The notes below the pieces were generated by a model, which made no database searches, was not told the origin of the DNA, and saw only the letters and a program-made list of their open reading frames with translations. Both the position numbers and the translations under genes were made by a program. This document shows positions 25,779-34,605 of a stretch of 38,354 nt of DNA, piece by piece. Source of the DNA: Clostridiales bacterium (GTDB lineage Bacteria; Bacillota; Clostridia; Lachnospirales; WRAX01). The DNA is taken from assembly GCA_031277155.1 (NCBI GenBank), contig JAITMW010000139.1:1-38354 (forward strand). The letters are read 5' to 3'. Position 1 is the stretch's first letter, and every line of letters begins with the position of its first letter.

Positions 25779-27053
25779 ATGTTTGTTGATAAGGTGAAGA
25801 TAAAGATATCCGGCGGCAAGGGCGGCGACGGGCATGTGTCCTTTCTTAGGGCGAAATATGTCGTAAACGGCGGGCCTGACGGCGGGGACGGCGGCAAGGG
25901 CGGCGACATTATCTTTCGTGTGGACGAAAATATGGCCACATTGCTGGATTTTCGATATAGGCGCAATTATGCCGCCCAGGCGGGCCAAAATGGCGACAAG
26001 CGCAACCGCAGCGGCAAGGCGGCCCCCGATGAAATTATAAATGTTCCACGTGGAACAATTGTGCGCGAGGCCGAAAGCGGCCATATTATGGCGGATTTAA
26101 CAAAAAATGGGCAAGAGCGCGTCCTCATCAAGGGCGGCAAGGGCGGCAAGGGGAATCAGCATTTTGCCACCAGCCGCAGGCAGGCGCCGCGATATGCCGA
26201 AAGGGGCCGAGAATCAAAATCATACGAAGTTATTTTGGAATTGAAAACTTTGGCGGACGTAGGCATAATTGGCCTGCCAAATGTTGGCAAATCCACACTT
26301 TTGGCTATGGTAACAAACGCAAATCCAAAAATCGCCAACTATCATTTCACCACGCTTTCGCCAAATTTGGGGGTTTTGCGCAATAGGCACGGCGAGGACA
26401 TGGTGCTGGCGGATATTCCCGGCCTGGTTGCGGGCGCAAGCCGCGGTGTAGGCTTGGGGCATGATTTTTTGCGGCATATAGAGCGCACCAAGGTGCTTAT
26501 CCACGTGGTTGATGCCGGCGGTCTAGAGGGCGACCCCATTTTGGCCATGGAGCAAATCAATCGCGAGCTGGCGGAATACAGCGAAAAGCTGGCGGCCCGG
26601 CCGCAAATTGTAGCAGCAAACAAAATGGATATTCCCGAGGCCAAGGAAAATTTGCCGCGCATCATAGAGGCTTGCCGGGCGCAAAACATCGAGGTTTTCC
26701 CAATTTCCGCGGCGGGAAATCAGGGTCTGGACGCTTTGATGGCCAAAGCACATGAATTGGTAAAAATATCGCCGGAAGATATTATATTCGAGGAGAGCTT
26801 TGTCGAATTTAAGGAAGAAGAAGCGCGCAGCGCGCCCTTTACCGTCACTATGGTTGACGAGGGCTATTTTGTTGTGGAGGGCGTTGGGGTGGAGAAAATG
26901 GTGGGCTATACCAATGTGGATACCGAGAAGGGCAATGCGTTTTTTCAGCGGTATCTTAAAGACAGGGGCATTATTGCCGAATTGGAAAATTGTGGCATCG
27001 AAGAAGGCGACACTGTAAAGATTTATGATATGGAATTTGAATATTTTAAGTAA
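25779..27053 (+). CDS. obg: GTPase Obg
   Basis: MFVDKVKIKISGGKGGDGHVSFLR... is the glycine-rich Obg fold. G1 motif GLPNVGKST, DIPGL, NKMD, and a C-terminal OCT-like domain are present. Confidence 0.95.
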   Translation: MFVDKVKIKISGGKGGDGHVSFLRAKYVVNGGPDGGDGGKGGDIIFRVDENMATLLDFRYRRNYAAQAGQNGDKRNRSGKAAPDEIINVPRGTIVREAESGHIMADLTKNGQERVLIKGGKGGKGNQHFATSRRQAPRYAERGRESKSYEVILELKTLADVGIIGLPNVGKSTLLAMVTNANPKIANYHFTTLSPNLGVLRNRHGEDMVLADIPGLVAGASRGVGLGHDFLRHIERTKVLIHVVDAGGLEGDPILAMEQINRELAEYSEKLAARPQIVAANKMDIPEAKENLPRIIEACRAQNIEVFPISAAGNQGLDALMAKAHELVKISPEDIIFEESFVEFKEEEARSAPFTVTMVDEGYFVVEGVGVEKMVGYTNVDTEKGNAFFQRYLKDRGIIAELENCGIEEGDTVKIYDMEFEYFK

Positions 27054-27069
27054 GGAGGATGCAGCAGGG

Positions 27070-27366
27070 ATGCGGGAAGCGCTAAACAGCAAGGACAGGG
27101 CGGCTTTGCGGGCAATGGCCAATAATATATCCGCCATATTTCGGCTGGGCAAGGACGGCATTACGGACGATTTTTTGTTCGGCATACGAGAGGCCTTGGA
27201 AGCCAGAGAATTGATTAAAATCGACATCTTAAACAATTGCGAGCTGGACGCGAAAGAGGCGGCAGGCGAGGTTGCCCGCCGCACTAATGCGCATATTGTG
27301 CAGGTAATCGGCAGGAAATTTGTGTTGTACAGGAAGTCATACACAAGAAAAGAGGGGATTTTATGA
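27070..27366 (+). CDS. yhbY: YhbY-like CRM-domain RNA-binding protein
   Basis: LGKDGITDDFLFGIREALEARELIKI...VQVIGRKFVLYR matches the YhbY/CRS1 family. ATG 27070 follows AAGGAGG, which overlaps the obg stop. Confidence 0.8.
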   Translation: MREALNSKDRAALRAMANNISAIFRLGKDGITDDFLFGIREALEARELIKIDILNNCELDAKEAAGEVARRTNAHIVQVIGRKFVLYRKSYTRKEGIL

Positions 27367-29021
27367 AAAGGAATTTTGTAAAAACCGGTGCGCTTTTTCT
27401 GGCCATTTTGATGTTTGTCGCGACCTTTGCCGTGTCCGATGGGCTGTCCGCAAGCTCGTATATATCGCTGCAAAGCGGCGATAGGGTGCAGGTTATTGAA
27501 ATTATTGACATCAACGCCATACGTGTGCGCACGCCCCGGGGTGATGCCCTTGTGCGCTTGATTGGTGTGCATCATGGGGGCACGCCGCAGGGCATGAATT
27601 TCCTTACGAGGGAAATTATGGGCAATCATGTCCATGTGGTGCGGGACCCGCTGTTTCCTAATGTGGGCCGCTGGAATTATCTGTATATTATGCATGTGGA
27701 GCGCTTTATCAACGGAGAATTGATTTTGACGGGCTTTGGCCGCCTTAATGAAGCGCATTATCGCGCCGCGCAATTCGAAAATATCCGGCAAGGACAAGCC
27801 ATCGCGCGAGAGGCGGGGCTTGGCCAATGGGCAAACGAGCTGCGCACGCCGATTATCACACAATATGGCGAGCGTATAAATATCAACACCGCCGACGCGG
27901 CGCAAATTATGGCGCATTTGGGGGCAGGCAGGGACTTGGCGAACAGCATCGTCAGCTTTAGGGGCAGCGCCGTCTTTCAAACTGTCAACGATGTGAAATT
28001 TGTGCCGGGGGTTACATGGGAGTTTTTTGCGTCAAACCGCAACAGAATGGCCATTGTGACAAATATCAACACCGCAAATATTCCGGAGCTTGAAAGCCTG
28101 GCAAATATCACGGCCGAGCAGGCCGAGGCCATTGTAGAATCCCGCAGCGGCGGCCGCAGCTTCACCGCCGCCAGCCAGCTTGTGACGCGGGGAATAATGA
28201 ACCCTTGGGAATTTAACATAATTTCGCCTTTTATTTCTTTGCAAACCGAGGTGCAAACCCAATTTGCAAGGCCAAACATCCGCGCGAATGTCAACTTGGC
28301 AAGCCAGACGCAGCTTATAGCCTCTGGGGCTTCTTTTACCCAGGCCATTGGCATCACAACCCAGCGCGGCTTTTTGCCCATGCGCAATTTGCATGACCTT
28401 AAAGATATGCCGGGCTTTGAGACAATGGAGCAAATAAACGCGCTGGCGGACAATTTGCGCGCGTACACAAATATCAATACAGCGCCGCGCAGCGAGATTG
28501 AGAGCCTGTTTGGCGAAAATGTGCTTCAAACAGCTGTGGACGCCATCATGGACAATCGGCCTTTTGTCGGTACAGACCAGATTAGCGAATTTTTTGACAC
28601 GGCGATTTTTAACAGAATCGAGCCTTTTATCTACGTAGGCAGCCGCCCGCCGTATCCCGTGGTTAATATAAACACCGCCACGCATCAGCAATTGATGGAC
28701 GCGGGCTTTTATGACGCCGAGGCTGCGCGCATTGTCAACAACAGGCCCATTTTGCGGCCAAGCCAGATGGTGTTGTGGCAAACAGTTGTGCGGCCGGAGC
28801 TGCGGGCGAATATCACGCTGTATACCAATATAAACAACGCGACGAACCAGGAGCTGATGAGCCTGGACGGCGCCATGACGCAGGATGTGGCCAGCCGCAT
28901 TGTGTCATACAGAAACGACCAGCCTTTTGGCAGCTTTGCTGAGGTGGAAGACTTTTTTGCCGCGGACGCGGCGACATGGGAGATGTTTTTGCGGTTTAGG
29001 AATTTCATAATCTTGAGATAA
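27363..29021 (+). CDS. Secreted or membrane-anchored protein: SNase-like (OB-fold thermonuclease) domain plus six ComEA-like helix-hairpin-helix modules
   Basis: N-terminal signal or anchor sequence (GALFLAILMFVATFAV). The SNase-like core is IDINAIRV...VRLIGVHHGGTPQG...GRWNYLYIM...INGELILTGFGRL. Six (I/V)N(I/L)N(T/L)A...YR..-type modules follow. The ATG overlaps the yhbY stop (ATGA). Confidence 0.7.
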   Translation: MKRNFVKTGALFLAILMFVATFAVSDGLSASSYISLQSGDRVQVIEIIDINAIRVRTPRGDALVRLIGVHHGGTPQGMNFLTREIMGNHVHVVRDPLFPNVGRWNYLYIMHVERFINGELILTGFGRLNEAHYRAAQFENIRQGQAIAREAGLGQWANELRTPIITQYGERININTADAAQIMAHLGAGRDLANSIVSFRGSAVFQTVNDVKFVPGVTWEFFASNRNRMAIVTNINTANIPELESLANITAEQAEAIVESRSGGRSFTAASQLVTRGIMNPWEFNIISPFISLQTEVQTQFARPNIRANVNLASQTQLIASGASFTQAIGITTQRGFLPMRNLHDLKDMPGFETMEQINALADNLRAYTNINTAPRSEIESLFGENVLQTAVDAIMDNRPFVGTDQISEFFDTAIFNRIEPFIYVGSRPPYPVVNINTATHQQLMDAGFYDAEAARIVNNRPILRPSQMVLWQTVVRPELRANITLYTNINNATNQELMSLDGAMTQDVASRIVSYRNDQPFGSFAEVEDFFAADAATWEMFLRFRNFIILR

Positions 29022-29035
29022 CGCAGGGGGCTAAG

Positions 29036-29950
29036 ATGTTTGATGAATTAAGAACACTGGCAGAATCGCATGGTGACAGGCTTGCGGTTGTTTCCATGGA
29101 GAACATTCATTTGCTACAGGCTGATTTAGCAAAATTTAGAAGCGAGAAGGATTCGCAGTTAGGCGACTTTCAAAAGCATATTTTTGACGAATATTATCGC
29201 TTTGACCAAATTCCCGCGCATATGCGGTCCATAATCATTGTGGCTGTGAGGCGTCCTGCCTACGCCAAAGTGACATTTGCCCGAAACGGCAAGGAATATA
29301 AGGCCTTTTCGGGTGTTGCCGCCGCTTTGGACAAAACTGTGGGCTATATAACGGATACTGTGCAGGCCGCCGGTTTTGATATCAACCGGGAGACGCGCCT
29401 GCCCCTGCGGCGCATTGCCGTGCAAAGCGGCATGGGGCAATATGGCCGCAACAACATCGTCTATGTGGACGGCATGGGCAGCGCGGCGGCGTTGATGGCT
29501 TTTTCAACCGATGCGCCCTGCGACAATGACAATTGGCGGGAGCCTGTGGTTTCGCCAATTTGCAATGATTGCAAAATTTGCCTGACGTTATGTCCCACAA
29601 ATGCCATAACGCCGGATAGATTCCACATTGACAGCCACAAATGCCTGACGAGGCTGAATCGCAGCCCGGATGACTTTCCCGATTGGGTGCCGCCCACAGC
29701 CTATCACAGCACATATTATTGCCTGATGTGCCAGGGGCGATGCCCCATGAACAAGGGGCTGGAGACAATCGAAGTTTCTTTCAGCGAAACAGAAACAGCC
29801 CGCATAATGGACGGCGGGCCTTATGACGATGCCTCGGAGCAGCTGAAAAGCAAGCTGGCGCGGCTTAATTTTGAAAAAATCGCCACAGCCCCGCGCAATT
29901 TGCGGGTTCTGTTTGAGGCGATGGATGCCGGGCATGTACCGAAGCTATAG
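29036..29950 (+). CDS. 4Fe-4S double-cluster protein, epoxyqueuosine reductase (QueG)-like
   Basis: CNDCKICLTLCPTNAI and CLMCQGRCPMN cluster motifs, with the N-terminal half resembling the QueG/reductive-dehalogenase fold. It is shorter than canonical QueG, so its function is uncertain. Confidence 0.5.
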   Translation: MFDELRTLAESHGDRLAVVSMENIHLLQADLAKFRSEKDSQLGDFQKHIFDEYYRFDQIPAHMRSIIIVAVRRPAYAKVTFARNGKEYKAFSGVAAALDKTVGYITDTVQAAGFDINRETRLPLRRIAVQSGMGQYGRNNIVYVDGMGSAAALMAFSTDAPCDNDNWREPVVSPICNDCKICLTLCPTNAITPDRFHIDSHKCLTRLNRSPDDFPDWVPPTAYHSTYYCLMCQGRCPMNKGLETIEVSFSETETARIMDGGPYDDASEQLKSKLARLNFEKIATAPRNLRVLFEAMDAGHVPKL

Positions 29951-29964
29951 ACAAAGGCTTTTTT

Positions 29965-30022
29965 AACCACGAAACACACGAAAAGCGCGAAATTTTCGTG
30001 TGTTTTCGTGCTTTTCGTGGTT
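29965..30022. terminator. Bidirectional hairpin built from three 8-mer repeats per arm (ACGAAA-type against TTTTCGTG x3)
   Basis: AACCACGAAACACACGAAAAGCGCGAAA pairs with TTTTCGTGTGTTTTCGTGCTTTTCGTGGTT. It lies between convergent genes. Confidence 0.6.
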
Positions 30023-30031
30023 AGCATCATT

Positions 30032-30523
30032 TCACACTTTGTATCCCCTGTCCGGGTCAAAATCCTGATATTCTTCCAGCTGCCCGTCTTTGCCATAGGT
30101 CAGCCCGGCGAAGATTTTTTGGCCGTCGCCCAAAAGCCTCTCATACAGGCCCTTGTCGGCATCAAGGGCCTGCCAGGCGGCCAAAAGCTCCGTCACAATG
30201 CCGCGGGCTTCGGCCAGGCGGGCGTCTTTTTCGTCGTTTTGGCCGGCCCGCTTCATACCCGCGTGTATAAGGCACTTATTGACAAAAATATATAAATTGC
30301 CCAAATCTTTTGAAAATTCGATGTCCATATCCAGCGCGGCGTGAAGCTCCGCAATTGCCGCTTGCGCGCTTTTCAACGCCTCGGCACATTCGGCTGTCCC
30401 TGCTGCTGCCGCGCTTGCTTCGTCCATGAAAACAAGCAGCAATTCATGATTTATCACGGTCAATTGCAAGGGGGTGGCCTGATTTATTCTCTTTGCAAAG
30501 TCCTGTTTCATCTTATTGTCCAA
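30032..30523 (-). CDS. fliS: Flagellar export chaperone FliS
   Basis: The four-helix FliS pattern is present (TPLQLTVINHELLL...AQAAIAELHAALDMD...LGNLYIFVNKCLIHA). TTG start 30523 follows GGGAGGG at 7-nt spacing. It sits directly downstream of flagellin. Confidence 0.7.
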   Translation of the reverse strand: MDNKMKQDFAKRINQATPLQLTVINHELLLVFMDEASAAAAGTAECAEALKSAQAAIAELHAALDMDIEFSKDLGNLYIFVNKCLIHAGMKRAGQNDEKDARLAEARGIVTELLAAWQALDADKGLYERLLGDGQKIFAGLTYGKDGQLEEYQDFDPDRGYKV

Positions 30524-30546
30524 TTAAAAGCCCTCCCGTGCATAGT

Positions 30547-31491
30547 CTAATTTATCAGCTGCAAAAGCTGCTGCGGCCTTGCGTTGGCCTGGGCCATTAT
30601 GGCCATGCCCGCTTGGTTTAGGACATTGTTTGTTGACAATCTCATCATTTCGTATGCCATGTCGGTGTCCATAACCCTTGAAAGGGACTGCGAAGTGGCC
30701 AATACTGCGGATTGCAGACCGGACGACGTATATTCAAAGCGGTTGAGAAATCCGCCTATATGTGCCCTGTGTCTCGAAACTTGGTCTATGGCCCTGTCCA
30801 GCTCTTGAATTGCCAAATTTGCTAAGCCCGGGCTGGTGATATGCAGACTGTTCAACTCTTCCGGGGTCAAGCCGGCCACATTGATAAGCAGCAAGGGGTC
30901 AAGGCCGGGCTGGGCGTTCCAGGCGGTGATGGCATCCTGCCAATCCGTATGGTGGTTGGGATGCAATGGGTCCGGATGGTTTGCAAGGCCCATGTCCCAA
31001 GGTCTGATTGGCGGCAAAGTAACGTCGATGGACTGATTTTGTCTGCCGCCTGCCTGCACGCGCAGATTATGCACCTCGCCGTTAAGCAGACGGATGTTGT
31101 TAAATTCCACTTTGCGCGTGATGTCCTCAAGCTCTGCAATCAGCGCGTCAACCTCATACTGGATATTGGTTCTGTCCCTTTCGGTGTTGGTGTCGTTGGC
31201 GGCTTGCACGGCCAGCTCTCTAATGCGCTGCAGCATATTGTGAACATCCTGCATGGCCGCGTCGGCGGTTTCCAGCATGGATGTGCCGTCCAGCACATTT
31301 CTGTCGGCCATATTCATCGCGTCAATCTGTCTGCGCATATGTAAGGAAATTGCCATGCCCGCAGGGTCGTCCGCGGCGCTGTTAATGCGGAAGCCGCTGG
31401 ACAGGCGCATTGTGTTTGTGGCGATATTATTATTGGTTCTGGTCAGCTGGGTATGTACTCTCAAAGCGGCAATATTATCAACTATTTTCAT
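30547..31491 (-). CDS. fliC: Flagellin
   Basis: Conserved N-terminal (RLSSGFRINSAADDPAGMAIS...LQRIRELAVQAAND) and C-terminal (DTDMAYEMMRLSTNNVLNQAGMAIMAQANARPQQLLQLI) flagellin domains. ATG 31491 follows AAGGAGG. Confidence 0.9.
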   Translation of the reverse strand: MKIVDNIAALRVHTQLTRTNNNIATNTMRLSSGFRINSAADDPAGMAISLHMRRQIDAMNMADRNVLDGTSMLETADAAMQDVHNMLQRIRELAVQAANDTNTERDRTNIQYEVDALIAELEDITRKVEFNNIRLLNGEVHNLRVQAGGRQNQSIDVTLPPIRPWDMGLANHPDPLHPNHHTDWQDAITAWNAQPGLDPLLLINVAGLTPEELNSLHITSPGLANLAIQELDRAIDQVSRHRAHIGGFLNRFEYTSSGLQSAVLATSQSLSRVMDTDMAYEMMRLSTNNVLNQAGMAIMAQANARPQQLLQLIN

Positions 31492-31699
31492 GGTTGCTTT
31501 CCTCCTTATTATGGCCGGTTTTGTCTTTGAAATTCTCATCTTTAGCGTGCGGCAAAACGCCGCCCCCACACTTAAAATTCTTCTCTGTCGTCTCCAAAAA
31601 TTTAATGATGGTCGATATTGCGGCGGCCACTTCTTTCGGCATTTGCTTGTCTGTGTTGCTCACAACGGCCACCCCCAATGTCATCATCGCTCGCATATA

Positions 31700-34516
31700 T
31701 TATATCGGCAAATTTCTATGGACGCTTAACTGCTTTTTCATCGCGGAAACATCGGCAAAACTTATGTCGGCATTGTCAAAACCTATGTCCGTCATCATAT
31801 CTGCCAAATTTTGCTTATTTTCGGCCAAAATTTCATTGGCGTCATCATTGGCGGCAAAGCGTATATGCGCCGTATTGCCCGCCAAATTCACAAGACCCTG
31901 CACATCGCCCATGGCGGTTTTCAGCGACATAAACAGGGTGACACCCCCTTCGGCATCCACGTCCATATTTTCATTGACAACATACATGGTCACGTCTGCA
32001 ATGCGGCCGTTAAAGCGCGTGGCAAAGCTGTAATCCGCTGTGTTTTCCAGCATCATCCGCCTAAAATCCAGGCTCTGCATAAGCATATCCAGCTTTGTGA
32101 TTTTTCCGGCATCCATTGCGTTTTCCCGCGCGCGCTCTGCATATTGCGTCAAATTTTCGTTTTGAGCCACCGGGTTAAGGGCTTGACCAACATCAAAAAG
32201 GTCCGTAATGGCGGAAAGTTCCACTTCGTCCAAGGCGGCCTCCAAATCCTCATCCAGCTTGCGCTCCCGATAAATTTTAAGCTGGCGTATATTGGCCAGG
32301 GTGACGGGCAGGCCCATGTTTGACAGAAGGCGGGCGTTTTCCTTGCCGCCTGTCATTTCCTGGATGGCGCGGTTTATGGCTTCCACGTCAATTTCATCCG
32401 CAATTTCACCATTCTTCACCATCTCGCGTGCAATATCTTCGATTTTGTCGACGGATGTGGCAAGAGGCTCTGTCAGCGGCTCGCTTTTCGCAAAACGCGC
32501 CAGGGGCCTGGGCTTTGCGGCGGATATAAACGAAGAAACCAGATGCTTGGCATAATATGTGCCGTCTTCAATTGTATAATTGATGCTGCCCGGCTTGGCG
32601 CCTATGGCCTGAAAATTCCTGGCAAAGTCCAGCAGATTTTGCAGGGTCAGCTCTATGCCCGCATTTACGGCAAAACCAATGCCCGCCCCATTATTTTTGG
32701 ACACCTTGTTGAGCATTTGGTAAATCTCGATTACCTTTGCGCGCACGTCCTCGGGCACGTCGCCGCGGCTGTCCATTTCGGCGATATGGCGATACAGCAT
32801 GTCATTTTCATTCGTACCCATATTGTGGTTATACTTGGCCATTTGCTCCAAAATCTCGTCCACATGCATCGCGGCGGGGTTGTGGCCGTCGGCAATCATC
32901 TGCGCCGCCATGCGCGGGTGCAGGTGATTTTGCACATCGGCGATTTTGGCGTCAATGGTCTTAATTTTCAAGAGATTCTCCGGGTTAATTTCCATATTGT
33001 TCATCGTGAGGATTTTTGCGGCGCGAATACTGTGCGCATCGTCTGAAAGGCCCATTTGGCGCAGCAGTGGCGCAAATTGCTCCGACAGCTTGTTAAAGGT
33101 GTCGCCGTGTTTAAGGCTGGCCACGGTTGCGCCCGCCTCGTAATTGCGGCTGACTATCAGGGCCTCAAGGCCCTCCAGCGTGATTTCTACGCGATTTTGC
33201 GCAATGGCGCCAAGATCCGAAAAGCTGATATAAGGCAGGGTAAAAATACTTCTGAAAGTATCCGCAATTGCCTTTTGATTTTCCGGCGTGTCAAAGACCT
33301 TGCCCAGGGCGCGCAATGCCGCCAAAAGCTCGGCCTCTTTTTCGCGCAGCTGCTTTAGGGCCTCAATCTGCGGGTTAAGGTCAATTTCGAGGTCGGTGTC
33401 AATCAGCGCCAAATTGGCCTCATAAGACATGGCCAGACGCGCCTGGGCCATTTGCAGCTGATGGTCAACATTTTTCAGCTCTTTTTCGGGGCTGTATGTA
33501 TCGGGATTGTAAATTTCCAGCTTGCCGAGGGGGTGACTCCCGTCATAATCCGCATCTGCGGCCGCCCGGGCCAGCGCCTCCAAATCCACATTGCCCTCTA
33601 TGTCCGTTAAAAAAATCAGGCGCTTAAAATTGTCGGCGGTAAGGTCAATATCATTGTCCAGCAAAAAGCGCGCCCGCGCAAGGTTTTCCGCGTCTGCTTC
33701 CAGCCCCTCACGCCCAAAGAAATTCCCAATGTCCTTTTGCAGATTTTGCCAGTCGGCCTCGGGCAAGGGGTCTGGGGCCGAGCCGCCGCTGTGCTTGTAC
33801 ATATATAGATTGTCCAGCGTAATTTCCGCGCCGTTTTGCAACATGCGCGCTATCTGCCCATCTTCCATATTCATTATGCCATCCAGCTTTTTATGCAGCT
33901 CTTCCGTGATTTTATGGCTGTTTTGGGCCAGAGCCGCGTCCAGCTGGCTTGTGATGCCATCCAGCATAGAAATCGAGACTTTGTTGATATTCACGCCTGC
34001 GGCGGCCAGCTGCGCCATGGCCGCGCCCTGTGTGTTGCCCGCAATTCTGTCGATGCTGCGCATCAGCTTGGCCACGGCGCGCCCGGCCTTTTCGCGGGTT
34101 TGGGCATGGCTTTCCGCCAGCGCCGCCGCGTCCAGCGGATTTTGCGGGGCCACCGCCAAATCGTTGTGCATCATCAAGTCTTGCAGGCTTTGCATGGAAT
34201 ATGTATGAGAAAGGAGGCTTTGCCCGTGGGCCTGTGGAAAGACCTGACGCAGGGCGACGGCATCGTCGCTGCCGCGGGCAACTTCAAAAAATACGGTGTC
34301 GCCGACCTCGCCTGCAACCTCGCCGCGGCGGATATTCAGGCTTTCGCCGTTTTCCATCGTCAGCATCGTGCCGTTTTCATTTTTTTGCGCTATTATGGCC
34401 GAAATTATGTCGCCCTGGGGCAAATTTGGCGCCAGGGCGCGGTTTTTCGGGGTCAGCGCCAATGGCCGCAGCCCCTGCTGATTTATATTAAACACAAGTG
34501 CCTGATTGTTTGCCAT
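31700..34516 (-). CDS. Large (about 938 aa) acidic helical protein with a FliK-like C-terminal region; hypothetical flagellar-locus protein
   Basis: ATG 34516 follows GGAGG. The C-terminus (GGVTLFMSLKTAMGDVQGLVNLAGNTAHIRFAANDDANEILAENKQNLADMMTDIGF) resembles the FliK Flg_hook domain pattern from memory. The rest is unrecognised. Confidence 0.55.
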   Translation of the reverse strand: MANNQALVFNINQQGLRPLALTPKNRALAPNLPQGDIISAIIAQKNENGTMLTMENGESLNIRRGEVAGEVGDTVFFEVARGSDDAVALRQVFPQAHGQSLLSHTYSMQSLQDLMMHNDLAVAPQNPLDAAALAESHAQTREKAGRAVAKLMRSIDRIAGNTQGAAMAQLAAAGVNINKVSISMLDGITSQLDAALAQNSHKITEELHKKLDGIMNMEDGQIARMLQNGAEITLDNLYMYKHSGGSAPDPLPEADWQNLQKDIGNFFGREGLEADAENLARARFLLDNDIDLTADNFKRLIFLTDIEGNVDLEALARAAADADYDGSHPLGKLEIYNPDTYSPEKELKNVDHQLQMAQARLAMSYEANLALIDTDLEIDLNPQIEALKQLREKEAELLAALRALGKVFDTPENQKAIADTFRSIFTLPYISFSDLGAIAQNRVEITLEGLEALIVSRNYEAGATVASLKHGDTFNKLSEQFAPLLRQMGLSDDAHSIRAAKILTMNNMEINPENLLKIKTIDAKIADVQNHLHPRMAAQMIADGHNPAAMHVDEILEQMAKYNHNMGTNENDMLYRHIAEMDSRGDVPEDVRAKVIEIYQMLNKVSKNNGAGIGFAVNAGIELTLQNLLDFARNFQAIGAKPGSINYTIEDGTYYAKHLVSSFISAAKPRPLARFAKSEPLTEPLATSVDKIEDIAREMVKNGEIADEIDVEAINRAIQEMTGGKENARLLSNMGLPVTLANIRQLKIYRERKLDEDLEAALDEVELSAITDLFDVGQALNPVAQNENLTQYAERARENAMDAGKITKLDMLMQSLDFRRMMLENTADYSFATRFNGRIADVTMYVVNENMDVDAEGGVTLFMSLKTAMGDVQGLVNLAGNTAHIRFAANDDANEILAENKQNLADMMTDIGFDNADISFADVSAMKKQLSVHRNLPI
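31702..31728 (-). promoter_or_regulatory. Sigma-28 (SigD/FliA) type promoter for flagellin: TAAG-N15-GCCGATAT
   Basis: The -10 is an 8/8 match to the remembered B. subtilis sigma-D consensus GCCGATAT (plus-strand ATATCGGC at 31702-31709). The -35 matches TAAA 3/4. It overlaps the stop codon of the upstream gene. Confidence 0.65.
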
Positions 34517-34570
34517 AAAATACCTCCTCTGTGACGCTCTAATTCTATTTCGGCACAAATCCGCGAAATA

Positions 34571-34599
34571 TTGACATCAAATTTTCGTTGTGATATAGT
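34571..34599 (+). promoter_or_regulatory. Sigma-A promoter with extended -10: TTGACA-N17 (ending TGa)-TATAGT, for lepB
   Basis: TTGACA at 34571-34576 and TATAGT at 34594-34599, with TG at 34591-34592. The lepB ATG begins 7 nt after the -10 hexamer. Confidence 0.6.
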
Positions 34600-34605
34600 C
34601 ATTCC

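Noticed and set aside
25671-26084. N-terminal 138-aa extension of the spoVB-like ORF
   Set aside because: The extension overlaps the obg promoter and 5' coding region on the opposite strand. A good SD and ATG at 25670 give a normal-length MOP flippase starting MALSKKVL.
26523-27980. 485-aa minus-strand ORF
   Set aside because: It runs antisense across three separate well-supported genes (obg, yhbY and the SNase/HhH protein). It has no coding features of its own.
31492-31694. c-di-GMP (GEMM) riboswitch or CsrA sites in the flagellin leader
   Set aside because: I could not find the conserved GEMM-I features, or a convincing second GGA hairpin beyond the SD. This cannot be decided without a covariance-model scan.
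31478-31696. 72-aa ORF inside the flagellin leader
   Set aside because: Any of its Met codons lacks an SD. It runs out of frame into the flagellin start, and the predicted TSS lies at about its first codon.
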